A DNA stretch of 64,000 nt from Poseidonia sp. (lineage in GTDB: Archaea; Thermoplasmatota; Poseidoniia; Poseidoniales; Poseidoniaceae), in the NCBI GenBank assembly GCA_965661285.1, contig CBFIDD010000003.1:1-64000 (forward strand), written 5' to 3'. The notes under the pieces were generated by a model. The model was not told the origin of the DNA. It saw only the letters and a list, made by a program, of their open reading frames with translations, and ran no database searches. Shown in pieces: positions 56,572 through 64,000 of the stretch (its first letter is position 1; the number at the start of each line of letters is the position of its first letter). The translations under genes and the position numbers were made by a program.

Positions 56572-57303
56572 TCAACCTCCAACGGCTTTCACGGCGCCCA
56601 AGTACAACCCCATGGAAATGGTCATCCACAAGGGAAGCCACCACAAGGTGTCTTTGAGACGACCCATCATTCGCCCGGATACACCCACGCCAACGGCGGA
56701 CGCTGCAGCGAAAAAGAGACTGAAGGTTTGGTTGAAACCGGTGATTTGGAAGCCTTTGCTGGCAGGAGCGAACAGACCGACGATAAAGGCGATAAGAACA
56801 GGTAAGCCGACGCTCACAAAGATGACGATGAGCATGCCTCGTCCAGAAAGTTCGCTTTCTCGCTGATTCATCAAGTCGTTCAAACGCTCGTAATCTCGAC
56901 TGAGGTCGCTCAAGATGTCGCGAAGGCTCGAATCCTGTTGAATCGCCGTTTCAATCAACATCATGACGCGCTGAACTTGGCTGGAGCGGGTCTTGGCTGC
57001 GAACGCAGAAAGGCTTGCCTCAAAGGAGGACGCATGGGCTTCTTTCAGGGTTTCAGCAAGCAGGGTTGCAAGCAAACCATCGTTGGATTCCGACTGTTCC
57101 ATCATCGCCTCCTGGAGACCTCGTCCTGCCCCGACCGAATCGGACAGGGCCTCAAGGAAGGTCGGAAGGGCGTTTTCAATCGCACGGCGGCGGCGACGTT
57201 CCAACATGGGCGGGATGCCACCTCCGACACCGGCGATGGCGATAACGGCCAAAAAGAGGAGAAGGGGCGACTCGTTGAACGACTCCAGGAATCCAAAGAT
57301 CAT
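56572..57303 (-). CDS. Type II secretion system F (TadB/TadC-like) membrane platform protein
   Basis: N-terminal TM, IENALPTFLEALSDSVGAGRGL, helical T2SSF domain and 3 C-terminal TMs. Confidence 0.85.
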   Translation of the reverse strand: MIFGFLESFNESPLLLFLAVIAIAGVGGGIPPMLERRRRRAIENALPTFLEALSDSVGAGRGLQEAMMEQSESNDGLLATLLAETLKEAHASSFEASLSAFAAKTRSSQVQRVMMLIETAIQQDSSLRDILSDLSRDYERLNDLMNQRESELSGRGMLIVIFVSVGLPVLIAFIVGLFAPASKGFQITGFNQTFSLFFAAASAVGVGVSGRMMGRLKDTLWWLPLWMTISMGLYLGAVKAVGG

Positions 57304-57312
57304 CAGAACACC

Positions 57313-57903
57313 TCACAATCCAGGGTCTTTCGTGTGCGCCTTAAGACCGATGAGCGCCATGCCAACAAGGGTGAGGAGCAAGCCCATGTTCACCACGCTG
57401 TTGATGACCGATGAATCCGGGAGCGACATGAAGGCGCCGAGGTCACCGGACATCAGTTGAGGGACCAAACCCACAATAGCGAGGATAATGGGGCCAATCA
57501 TCCCTATAGAAAGGAGCGTCTCGGGCACGCCGCCAAGGTCTTCGATGTATTTTTCCACTTCTTCGGACCTGTCTTCTTCCATCCTTGCGCCCTGTTTTTT
57601 GAGGGTTTCAACGAGGTCGGTGTTTTGGGTGACGTTGGTGTAGAGGGTGTTGAGAAGGCGCTTGTAGCCTGCGGATTGGGCGGTCTTCATCATGCTCTTC
57701 AGCTCTTTGTCAAGACCGCCGCCGGTGCCTTTGCGCAACCGTTTCATCATCGAGGAAAAGTCGTCTGAGATGATACCGTAGCCGCCGCGTCCGATGGTGT
57801 GGAGGGCGGCTTCCAGCCCAACACCCGATGACATCAGCACATCCATGGTGCGAATCACATAGAGGAGTTCTCTCTTTTCCTCGAGTTCACGCACGCCATG
57901 CAC
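57313..57903 (-). CDS. Second, short T2SS F (TadC-like) platform protein
   Basis: ELLYVIRTMDVLMSSGVGLEAAL...YGIISDDF motif and 2 C-terminal TMs; no N-terminal TM. Confidence 0.82.
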   Translation of the reverse strand: MHGVRELEEKRELLYVIRTMDVLMSSGVGLEAALHTIGRGGYGIISDDFSSMMKRLRKGTGGGLDKELKSMMKTAQSAGYKRLLNTLYTNVTQNTDLVETLKKQGARMEEDRSEEVEKYIEDLGGVPETLLSIGMIGPIILAIVGLVPQLMSGDLGAFMSLPDSSVINSVVNMGLLLTLVGMALIGLKAHTKDPGL

Positions 57904-57907
57904 CCCT

Positions 57908-58261
57908 TCAAATCACGTCTTCGAGCAACTCAAAATGGAATCCTTCGTTGGCGCTGTCGTATTCCATCACCGCGAAAATCACCTTCACATCTCGTTCTTC
58001 AAAGGGGTCGTGGATGTAGGGCTGTCCCGTGCGGAACATGGCCACGATTCGCTTGTATTCGTCGATGCTCAATTCTCCACGCACGGTGTACAATGTCGAT
58101 TCTGAGCCTTCGTCATGCAAGTCATCGCCTTCTTGTCCACGAATAACCGTACGGGTGAGACGACGCGTCATACGAACTTTGATGTCGGCATTTGCAATTC
58201 GAACCCAGTCAGAGCTTGATGTTCCTGTCGCCGGGCGAATAAAGAAATCCATTCCAGCCAT
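57908..58261 (-). CDS. Small hypothetical protein resembling the Mu-like phage tail DNA_circ_N domain
   Basis: RRLTRTVIRGQEGDDLHDEG...YTVRG...PYIHDPF resembles my recollection of that family's pattern; only 4 bp separate it from the downstream tadC-like gene. Confidence 0.55.
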   Translation of the reverse strand: MAGMDFFIRPATGTSSSDWVRIANADIKVRMTRRLTRTVIRGQEGDDLHDEGSESTLYTVRGELSIDEYKRIVAMFRTGQPYIHDPFEERDVKVIFAVMEYDSANEGFHFELLEDVI

Positions 58262-58317
58262 GTTTGACCCCTGTTCACCCCACAGCGTGAGAAGAACTTG
58301 AATGTGTTGGATGAGGA

Positions 58318-59229
58318 TTATTCATTTGTAGCAAGTCGGAACCAACCAAACCGAGGCTCGTCTAGCGTGCCACCATCGAGCATCTCCTCGAGTTTTGCCT
58401 CGGCCACCTCTCGGACGAAGCCACGTGCAACAGCATTTTTGAGGAGCGTGTCAAAGGTTACCCCCTCTCCTTGGTCCAAATGCCCGATGGCTTGGAGGAG
58501 GAACGCCTGGACATCTTGACCGCTCGCTTGGTCATCCTCGGAACCCTCCGGCAGGGACATCACGGGCGGTGCTGTCGTTGCTGCCTCAATACGGCCCTCG
58601 GCGATGTCGAGCGCCTGCATCAGGTTGAGTTTGAAGGGTTCGAGATCGATTTCACCGTAGTGGTTTCGAGCGGAGAGCAAACTGACCGGGAGGTCGGCTT
58701 TTCCGTAGGCGTCGAGGGTGGGTTCAACCTCGAGAGAAGCCGTAAACTGGCTCATGCGGGTCATCGTGGCTTCACAGGCATCGAGCAGCCAATTGGCGTA
58801 GACCTCTCGGCTGACCACACAGGCTTCTTCAGGCCGCAACGACGTGTAGACGGCTCCCTCATCGGTTTGATACCATCGTGTTTTCGAGGTCATCATCACG
58901 AGAAGAGGCTCGCCATCGTTGAGGCGGTCTGTCCACTGATGGGCCAGTTCCTGCATCATCTCAGAGTTGTATTCGCCAATCGAAAAATAATGAAGACCGG
59001 TCGGGTCTCGGAGTTGCCCCTGGTAGAGTGAGGACCCGTTGCTGGTTTCGCGCAATTCCAATCGCTCAAGGAGGCCAGCGGCGACGATGCGGTTGACCTT
59101 TGCCCCGAGTTTCGTGATCACAAAGGACGGGTCGTATTCACCCGAGCCCTTCTCGTTGAGGGTGGCGCTTCCAAACTCAGAGGCGAGTAAGAGATGAGCC
59201 GGCTGGCGTGAGATTCGTGCTCGCTCCAT
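58318..59229 (-). CDS. Replication protein A second subunit / RPA-associated protein (OB fold plus C-terminal winged helix)
   Basis: RQPA..LLASEF, LGAKVNRI..G, LRDPTG, SLRPE motifs and a C-terminal wHTH (GTLDEPRFG); TGATG coupling to the RPA large subunit. Confidence 0.85.
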   Translation of the reverse strand: MERARISRQPAHLLLASEFGSATLNEKGSGEYDPSFVITKLGAKVNRIVAAGLLERLELRETSNGSSLYQGQLRDPTGLHYFSIGEYNSEMMQELAHQWTDRLNDGEPLLVMMTSKTRWYQTDEGAVYTSLRPEEACVVSREVYANWLLDACEATMTRMSQFTASLEVEPTLDAYGKADLPVSLLSARNHYGEIDLEPFKLNLMQALDIAEGRIEAATTAPPVMSLPEGSEDDQASGQDVQAFLLQAIGHLDQGEGVTFDTLLKNAVARGFVREVAEAKLEEMLDGGTLDEPRFGWFRLATNE

Positions 59230-60911
59230 CAGGCCCACCCCCACTGCATTCGCAATTCAGAGGCACGCATTTGCGCATCGTGTTCCTGGATTTCAAAGCC
59301 GTCCGCCAGCACCATAGCGCCTTGGTCGTCAACGATGCTGCGACCGGTAACGCTGACCTGTCGTCCGAGCAATCGTTCTCGGACAAATTGTACGAAGCCA
59401 ACATCGCCAAGTTCCTCAACTTTGGCTTTCATGTCGTCCTGACTCATTGCGAGGGCGGCGAGTGTGGCGTCCTTGTTCACCAGAACAGCAGCGGTTACGC
59501 CGTCTTCGTCCATCACGGTTCGCAGGCGAATGTCCTCGTTCCCTTCGTTGGCACCGTGGTCAAAACACGCACCGTCTCGAAGGACACGCCGGCATTCAGT
59601 GCATCGAAGAATGAAACCAGAGTCCTCTCGCACACTCACAAGCATGCCGCCGGTTTTCATGCCAACACGACTGGGCCCTGCCACGACTTCGGTCAATGGG
59701 ACCTCAACAGCGTGATTGGTGAGGTCCATGTTTTCATCCCAAGGGGGTGAATCGAGCAGCGTGATTTGGTCTGCCTTGTCCACGGTGATATCGGGGATGC
59801 CTTGCCAAGCTCGCACCCGTGCGCCTTTGATTTCCATCGTCACGGGTAAATCACTTTCCTCGAAGGGAAGCGTATCCCAGATGCTGATTCGGCATCGGCC
59901 TGTCGGGTCCGCTATTTGACCCGACCAGAGAAATTTCTCCTCACCGTCACGTTCAAACGTTCGCTTCATAATTTCTGTGATTTGCACCACGGCATCAACA
60001 TCGCGAGACCCGTCTCGCAAGCCAGAAATGGTGGTCTTCGTACGTTGGGCCAAGGTCTCGAGGTCGGCAAAATTGGTATCGTGAAACACCTCAATCCGTG
60101 TCGTTCGACCGAAGTTCAGTTCAGGCGTATCGCGGAAACTCCGTACTTGGGCGCCGTCGATTTTCAGCAACGTGCCCACTTCGTGATCAAAGGGTTCCCA
60201 GGAGAGGAAACCGATCGTTCCGGTATCATCGGCGATCCGCCCGCGAACGACGTCAATGGAACCAGAGCCGTCCTTCCTGTGAATTTGGTCTGGACGAGAT
60301 GCCAGCACTCGGCCAACCACGCAGATGTAGCCTTCATTGGGAATGGCGCCGATATCAACCGGGTCGTTGGAGGACACCTGCGTTGCAACGCCTTCCTTCA
60401 GGACGACGATGCGCGTGGATTGATTGATGTTCAGCGACATTTTTCCGTTGTACTCATTCACGCTCGCACCTTCGATGCGAACGATGCTCCCCGATGTCAG
60501 ATTGGCATGGGGCCCCCAGTCTTTGTAGTCCCAACGGGTGCGCTGGCCGTTTTCTTCCCAGGGATTGTCTTCGAGCATACCGAAGGCGATTTGTTTCTCT
60601 TCGCCTCGAATCATCTGGTCTCGAATGTTGTGAGTGACGATGGCCACCTCGATCTCAACATCACGGTCGCTTCCCGAAAGCTCCGAGAGACTGGCGACTT
60701 TCTTGGTCGCTCGGGTTTGACCTGCGCCTCCGCTCGGCGCGGGCGTGGTGCCGCTTTGGAAACGGCGTAGGACAGAGCGCATGGCGTCTTGTGGTGGGAT
60801 GTAGAACTCTTGTTCGTACTTCGCGAAGGCTTCTGCAATCTCCTCAGCATCGGCATCAGGGCATTCTTTCTGAACGGCCTCGACATAGTCGGCATATTTG
60901 CCTTCAGACAT
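59229..60911 (-). CDS. rpa: Replication protein A large subunit (multiple OB folds plus Zn finger)
   Basis: Repeated OB motifs (IADDTGTI, IADPTGRCRISIW) and SGFILRCTECRRVL...CFDHG...DIRLR. Confidence 0.9.
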   Translation of the reverse strand: MSEGKYADYVEAVQKECPDADAEEIAEAFAKYEQEFYIPPQDAMRSVLRRFQSGTTPAPSGGAGQTRATKKVASLSELSGSDRDVEIEVAIVTHNIRDQMIRGEEKQIAFGMLEDNPWEENGQRTRWDYKDWGPHANLTSGSIVRIEGASVNEYNGKMSLNINQSTRIVVLKEGVATQVSSNDPVDIGAIPNEGYICVVGRVLASRPDQIHRKDGSGSIDVVRGRIADDTGTIGFLSWEPFDHEVGTLLKIDGAQVRSFRDTPELNFGRTTRIEVFHDTNFADLETLAQRTKTTISGLRDGSRDVDAVVQITEIMKRTFERDGEEKFLWSGQIADPTGRCRISIWDTLPFEESDLPVTMEIKGARVRAWQGIPDITVDKADQITLLDSPPWDENMDLTNHAVEVPLTEVVAGPSRVGMKTGGMLVSVREDSGFILRCTECRRVLRDGACFDHGANEGNEDIRLRTVMDEDGVTAAVLVNKDATLAALAMSQDDMKAKVEELGDVGFVQFVRERLLGRQVSVTGRSIVDDQGAMVLADGFEIQEHDAQMRASELRMQWGWA

Positions 60912-60919
60912 GATATCGT

Positions 60920-60956
60920 CCTCCGACAGGCGTTGTTGTTCGGGGCCTGTGCGGAG
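60920..60956 (-). promoter_or_regulatory. Leader hairpin sequestering the rpa Shine-Dalgarno sequence
   Basis: mRNA-sense CTCCG-C-ACAGGC, 13-nt loop, GCCTGT-CGGAG(G): an 11-bp stem with one bulge whose 3' arm contains GGAG of the GGAGG located 8 nt before the ATG. Confidence 0.55.
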
Positions 60957-61070
60957 AACAGGCGGCGGGCTTTCGTGCGGGTTGGTTAAGATTGGACACT
61001 CCCTTGACCTCCATGGGACATCTTACCAATGACGACAGGACATAAAGAATCCCGTGCAGATTCTTGACCT

Positions 61071-62474
61071 TCATGCGGGGTTGATTCGCAACCCGTCCAT
61101 CAACAGGACATCGGGAAGATGCATGCTACCGGACGAATAGGAGCCTTGGCGACGAACGTCCTTGCCCAGCACAACCGTACCGTTCAGGGCTTTGGCCAAA
61201 TTGCCCGACAGCCCTGCCTGCTTCAAAGAACCCACCACTTCGCCGTTCTCAACCTTGAGAATGGCGCTGGTCGTAACCGAAAAATCACCGCTTGTGGGAT
61301 TGGCTGTGTGCGCACCCATGACGCTGTTGACAACATAGCCATCGCCCATCTGCTCAAGCAACTGCTCCCACGACCGACCCGCTTCAGAACTGGTCAGGAA
61401 CAATTCCGTGCATCCGGTCGAAGGAGGCGATTGATGGCCACCTGTGTTGGCCGAACCCGTTGATGCCGCAGCCTCTGTTCGTCCTTCGGCGACCTGCTGC
61501 GCTGCATCACGAGTGGACCAGAGCATGTTGGTCAGGCGCCCGTTTTCAACCAAGGTTTGCCGACGACGTGGCACACCCTCAGCGTCTCGTGAGCCCGACG
61601 ACATGCCACCATCCAGCAGGCCGTCATCGACGAGCGTCAAGGCCGGATTGATGACCCGTTGACCGAGCCGCTCGGCCCAGAACGATTCCTTCCGAACCAT
61701 CTTCTCCCCGGACATGGCAGGGGGGACGACCATGGAAAACAACGGCGAAAATCCTTCACTGGTCAACAACACTGGCGTCTCCACAGCTTGGCTTTCAACT
61801 GCAAGTGGGTTTTGAGTTACTTGAGCCCAGTGGACCGCTCGCCCGATACAATCGGGAAGTTCTGGGAGTTGTTGTCTGCTCGATTGACCCTGATAGGAAC
61901 TCGTGAGTTCACCATCAACATCCAGCGCCACCTGCAAGCCAATGCCGTGGGAAGTGGTCATGCCGGAAGAGAGAATTCCCTCGCTGGTCATGAGGCATCC
62001 TGCCGTGGCGGAGACGCCCACGCCGCCTCCCGTGACGGTCGCACGGTCATCGAGCGATTTGACATGGGAAAGAACGCCATCTGCCTGTTCAAGCAAATCT
62101 TCGGGGCTCAAGTCGAGTATGGAGGCGTCCATTCGCCCCCCAACGTCCTTTGCTGGCTGTTCGCTCGGAAGGACGAAACCTTCGATCGAGGGTGATTTTT
62201 TCGCAATAGCAACCGCTTGTTCCACTGCGCGCTCTGCTCCAGATACATCGACCAAGTGGGCGAAACCAAACCGACCACCGTCAACAACGCGAACGCCAAA
62301 ACCCCCTTCGCCACCGCCAGCGGCCATGGTGATTTTTCCCGCTTCAATGTCAAGCTGGTGGCCGTAGGATTGGAACCCGATGAGGTCCCACTGTTCCACG
62401 CCGCTCTTTTCGCAAGCCGCTGCAATCACCTTTGCGTTGGCAAGAAGCCGGTCTTCTGCACCGTCAGGAAGCAT
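61071..62474 (-). CDS. pmbA: TldD/PmbA family protein (PmbA/TldE-type subunit)
   Basis: GFGVRVV.GGRFGFA, DAEGVP and GAHTANPTSGDFSV motifs; no HExxH. Confidence 0.85.
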   Translation of the reverse strand: MLPDGAEDRLLANAKVIAAACEKSGVEQWDLIGFQSYGHQLDIEAGKITMAAGGGEGGFGVRVVDGGRFGFAHLVDVSGAERAVEQAVAIAKKSPSIEGFVLPSEQPAKDVGGRMDASILDLSPEDLLEQADGVLSHVKSLDDRATVTGGGVGVSATAGCLMTSEGILSSGMTTSHGIGLQVALDVDGELTSSYQGQSSRQQLPELPDCIGRAVHWAQVTQNPLAVESQAVETPVLLTSEGFSPLFSMVVPPAMSGEKMVRKESFWAERLGQRVINPALTLVDDGLLDGGMSSGSRDAEGVPRRRQTLVENGRLTNMLWSTRDAAQQVAEGRTEAAASTGSANTGGHQSPPSTGCTELFLTSSEAGRSWEQLLEQMGDGYVVNSVMGAHTANPTSGDFSVTTSAILKVENGEVVGSLKQAGLSGNLAKALNGTVVLGKDVRRQGSYSSGSMHLPDVLLMDGLRINPA

Positions 62475-62475
62475 C

Positions 62476-63918
62476 TCAACCCACCAACGCTTCACGAATT
62501 CGCATAACAGGACCGCCATCACCGACAGGTACGGTTTGTCCCTTTCCACAAAATCCGGGTGATGCAAGCGAGGCATCTCGGGTCAAACCGTCGACGTTCT
62601 TCAGAATTTCAAGCGTAAGTCCACTGACACTCACGTCTTTGAGCGGGCGTGTAAGTTCTCCATGTTCGATGAGCCAGGCTTCTTGGGCAGCAAATTGGAA
62701 CGAACCACGCCCGGTGTCGACCTGTCCACCTCGGGTGCCGCAAGCATAGACACCGTACTGAATGTCTTCCATCAACTCGTCCAAGTCTGCGTGCGTACCG
62801 CCCTGAATCATGGTGTTGCTCATGCGAACCAACGGATGATGAAGGCCGTCTTGGGCTCGTGCTCCCCCGTTGGGTTGAACGCCAAAATGATGTGCTGTTT
62901 CTCGATGATTGAGGTACTCGGTCAAAACACCGTTCTTGATGAGAACCTTTTCTCGCGTGTTCACGCCTTCGTCATCAACGGGATAGGCGCCATAGCCCCC
63001 CATCATGGTGGGGTCGTCAACCACGGTCACGATCTCATTTCCGATTTTCTCACCGAGTTTTCCATCAAGGCATGAGTCGCCTGCTGCGACCAAATCGGCC
63101 TCGCATGGATGACCGAGCGCCTCGTGAATGTACACGCCGGTCAGGTCTTTGTCTGCAATGAGAGGGAGTTTGCCCGAAGGGGCTCGCTCGGCTTTGAGCA
63201 AACGCAACGCTGCCCGTTGCGCCTCTTCGCCGAGTCCAACCAAATCGGCCGCCTGAATGATTTCAAGTCCACCCTGACCACCGTGTCGAGTGCGATAAGA
63301 GACGACTTCACCGTCCCTTCGAGCCGTCACCATCGCATTCACGAGCGAGCGCTGGAACGACCAAACACGGTCCATACCTTCGGTGGTCATCAACTCGGTA
63401 TGGATGTGCTCATCGCTCCACCCTGTTCGTACCGAAACGATATCGTCATGTCCACTTGCACCGTGATACATCTCGTTCATTAATGCGATTTTTTGGTCGA
63501 GGTCGGTCTCCCTCACGTCCAAGGTTGAACGCCAGTGTGTTTCGTCCTCAAGGATGGGAACCTCCGCCAGTCCGATGGGTTGTTCCTTGGGAGATCGGCG
63601 TTTGGCCACGGCCTTCGCCAGTCGAGTGGTGGATTCGATTTGGTCGGGAAGAGAGGCCAAGTCGGTTGTTGAGTGCACGCCCCAGGCCCCATCGGCAAGC
63701 ACGCGAAGCGTCATACCGAGTTCCTGGCCGGGGATGGCTCGCTCCAAGGCACCGTCCCGCATGGCAACCGATGACTCGGTCAACGCGACGACGCGTACTT
63801 CAGCGTAGGTTGCGCCGTGAGTCTGCGCAGAATCCAGAGCCTTTCGCACCTTTTCTTGGTCCAAATAGCGACCTGCACTCGGCCAATGCCCCTCGTTTTG
63901 CTTTGAAGCCATCACCAT
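62476..63918 (-). CDS. tldD: TldD metalloprotease subunit
   Basis: HEALGHPCEAD, DDEGV, VRMSNT, GGQVD and CGKGQTVPVGDGGP motifs; start 63918 or 63912. Confidence 0.92.
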   Translation of the reverse strand: MVMASKQNEGHWPSAGRYLDQEKVRKALDSAQTHGATYAEVRVVALTESSVAMRDGALERAIPGQELGMTLRVLADGAWGVHSTTDLASLPDQIESTTRLAKAVAKRRSPKEQPIGLAEVPILEDETHWRSTLDVRETDLDQKIALMNEMYHGASGHDDIVSVRTGWSDEHIHTELMTTEGMDRVWSFQRSLVNAMVTARRDGEVVSYRTRHGGQGGLEIIQAADLVGLGEEAQRAALRLLKAERAPSGKLPLIADKDLTGVYIHEALGHPCEADLVAAGDSCLDGKLGEKIGNEIVTVVDDPTMMGGYGAYPVDDEGVNTREKVLIKNGVLTEYLNHRETAHHFGVQPNGGARAQDGLHHPLVRMSNTMIQGGTHADLDELMEDIQYGVYACGTRGGQVDTGRGSFQFAAQEAWLIEHGELTRPLKDVSVSGLTLEILKNVDGLTRDASLASPGFCGKGQTVPVGDGGPVMRIREALVG

Positions 63919-64000
63919 GACCAAACCAAGCGGCGAGAGCCTTTCAACCCTCCCATCAGCGGTGAGACGAACTCTGGTCGTCCGCCATCAAAATATGAGC

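Noticed and set aside
57908-58261. Prophage or contractile injection system remnant
   Set aside because: No sheath, tube, baseplate, capsid or terminase genes nearby; the gene is tightly packed with the tad genes.
61071-63918. tldD-pmbA as part of a RiPP/microcin cluster
   Set aside because: No precursor peptide or modification enzymes are visible in the window; the pair is a widespread housekeeping protease.

Overview
Gene-dense archaeal chromosomal segment with about 57 CDS and one tRNA-Ser(CGA). Archaeal markers are rpl37e, the rpl44e-rps27e-aIF2alpha-nop10-PAC2 cluster, uL16/L10e, ABCE1, archaeal TyrS and TPI, RPA, a PriS-like primase, a geranylgeranyl-reductase-family enzyme and a class III pilin. 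These sit alongside bacterial-type mutS-mutL, sucCD, etfBA, gcdH and tldDE, plus many uncharacterised membrane proteins. The combination is most consistent with Marine Group II Euryarchaeota (Ca. Poseidoniales, Thermoplasmatota); this is inference from gene content. I saw no CRISPR array, transposase, integrase, rRNA or prophage. The most notable items are: (1) a tandem pair of paralogous Fe-S-staple PD-(D/E)XK (Cas4/AddB-like) nucleases, each fused to C-terminal OB folds, directly downstream of ABCE1, plus a third, apparently inactive homolog elsewhere; (2) a minimal TadA/TadB/TadC module led by a small protein resembling a Mu-like phage tail domain, directly downstream of the RPA genes and convergent with a triple-SAP-domain protein; (3) a stand-alone MCM N-terminal domain; (4) a HemC-like pseudoenzyme; (5) tandem squalene-synthase-like and phytoene-synthase-like genes; (6) a hairpin masking the RPA ribosome-binding site. 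All family calls come from motif recognition by eye; no database search was run.
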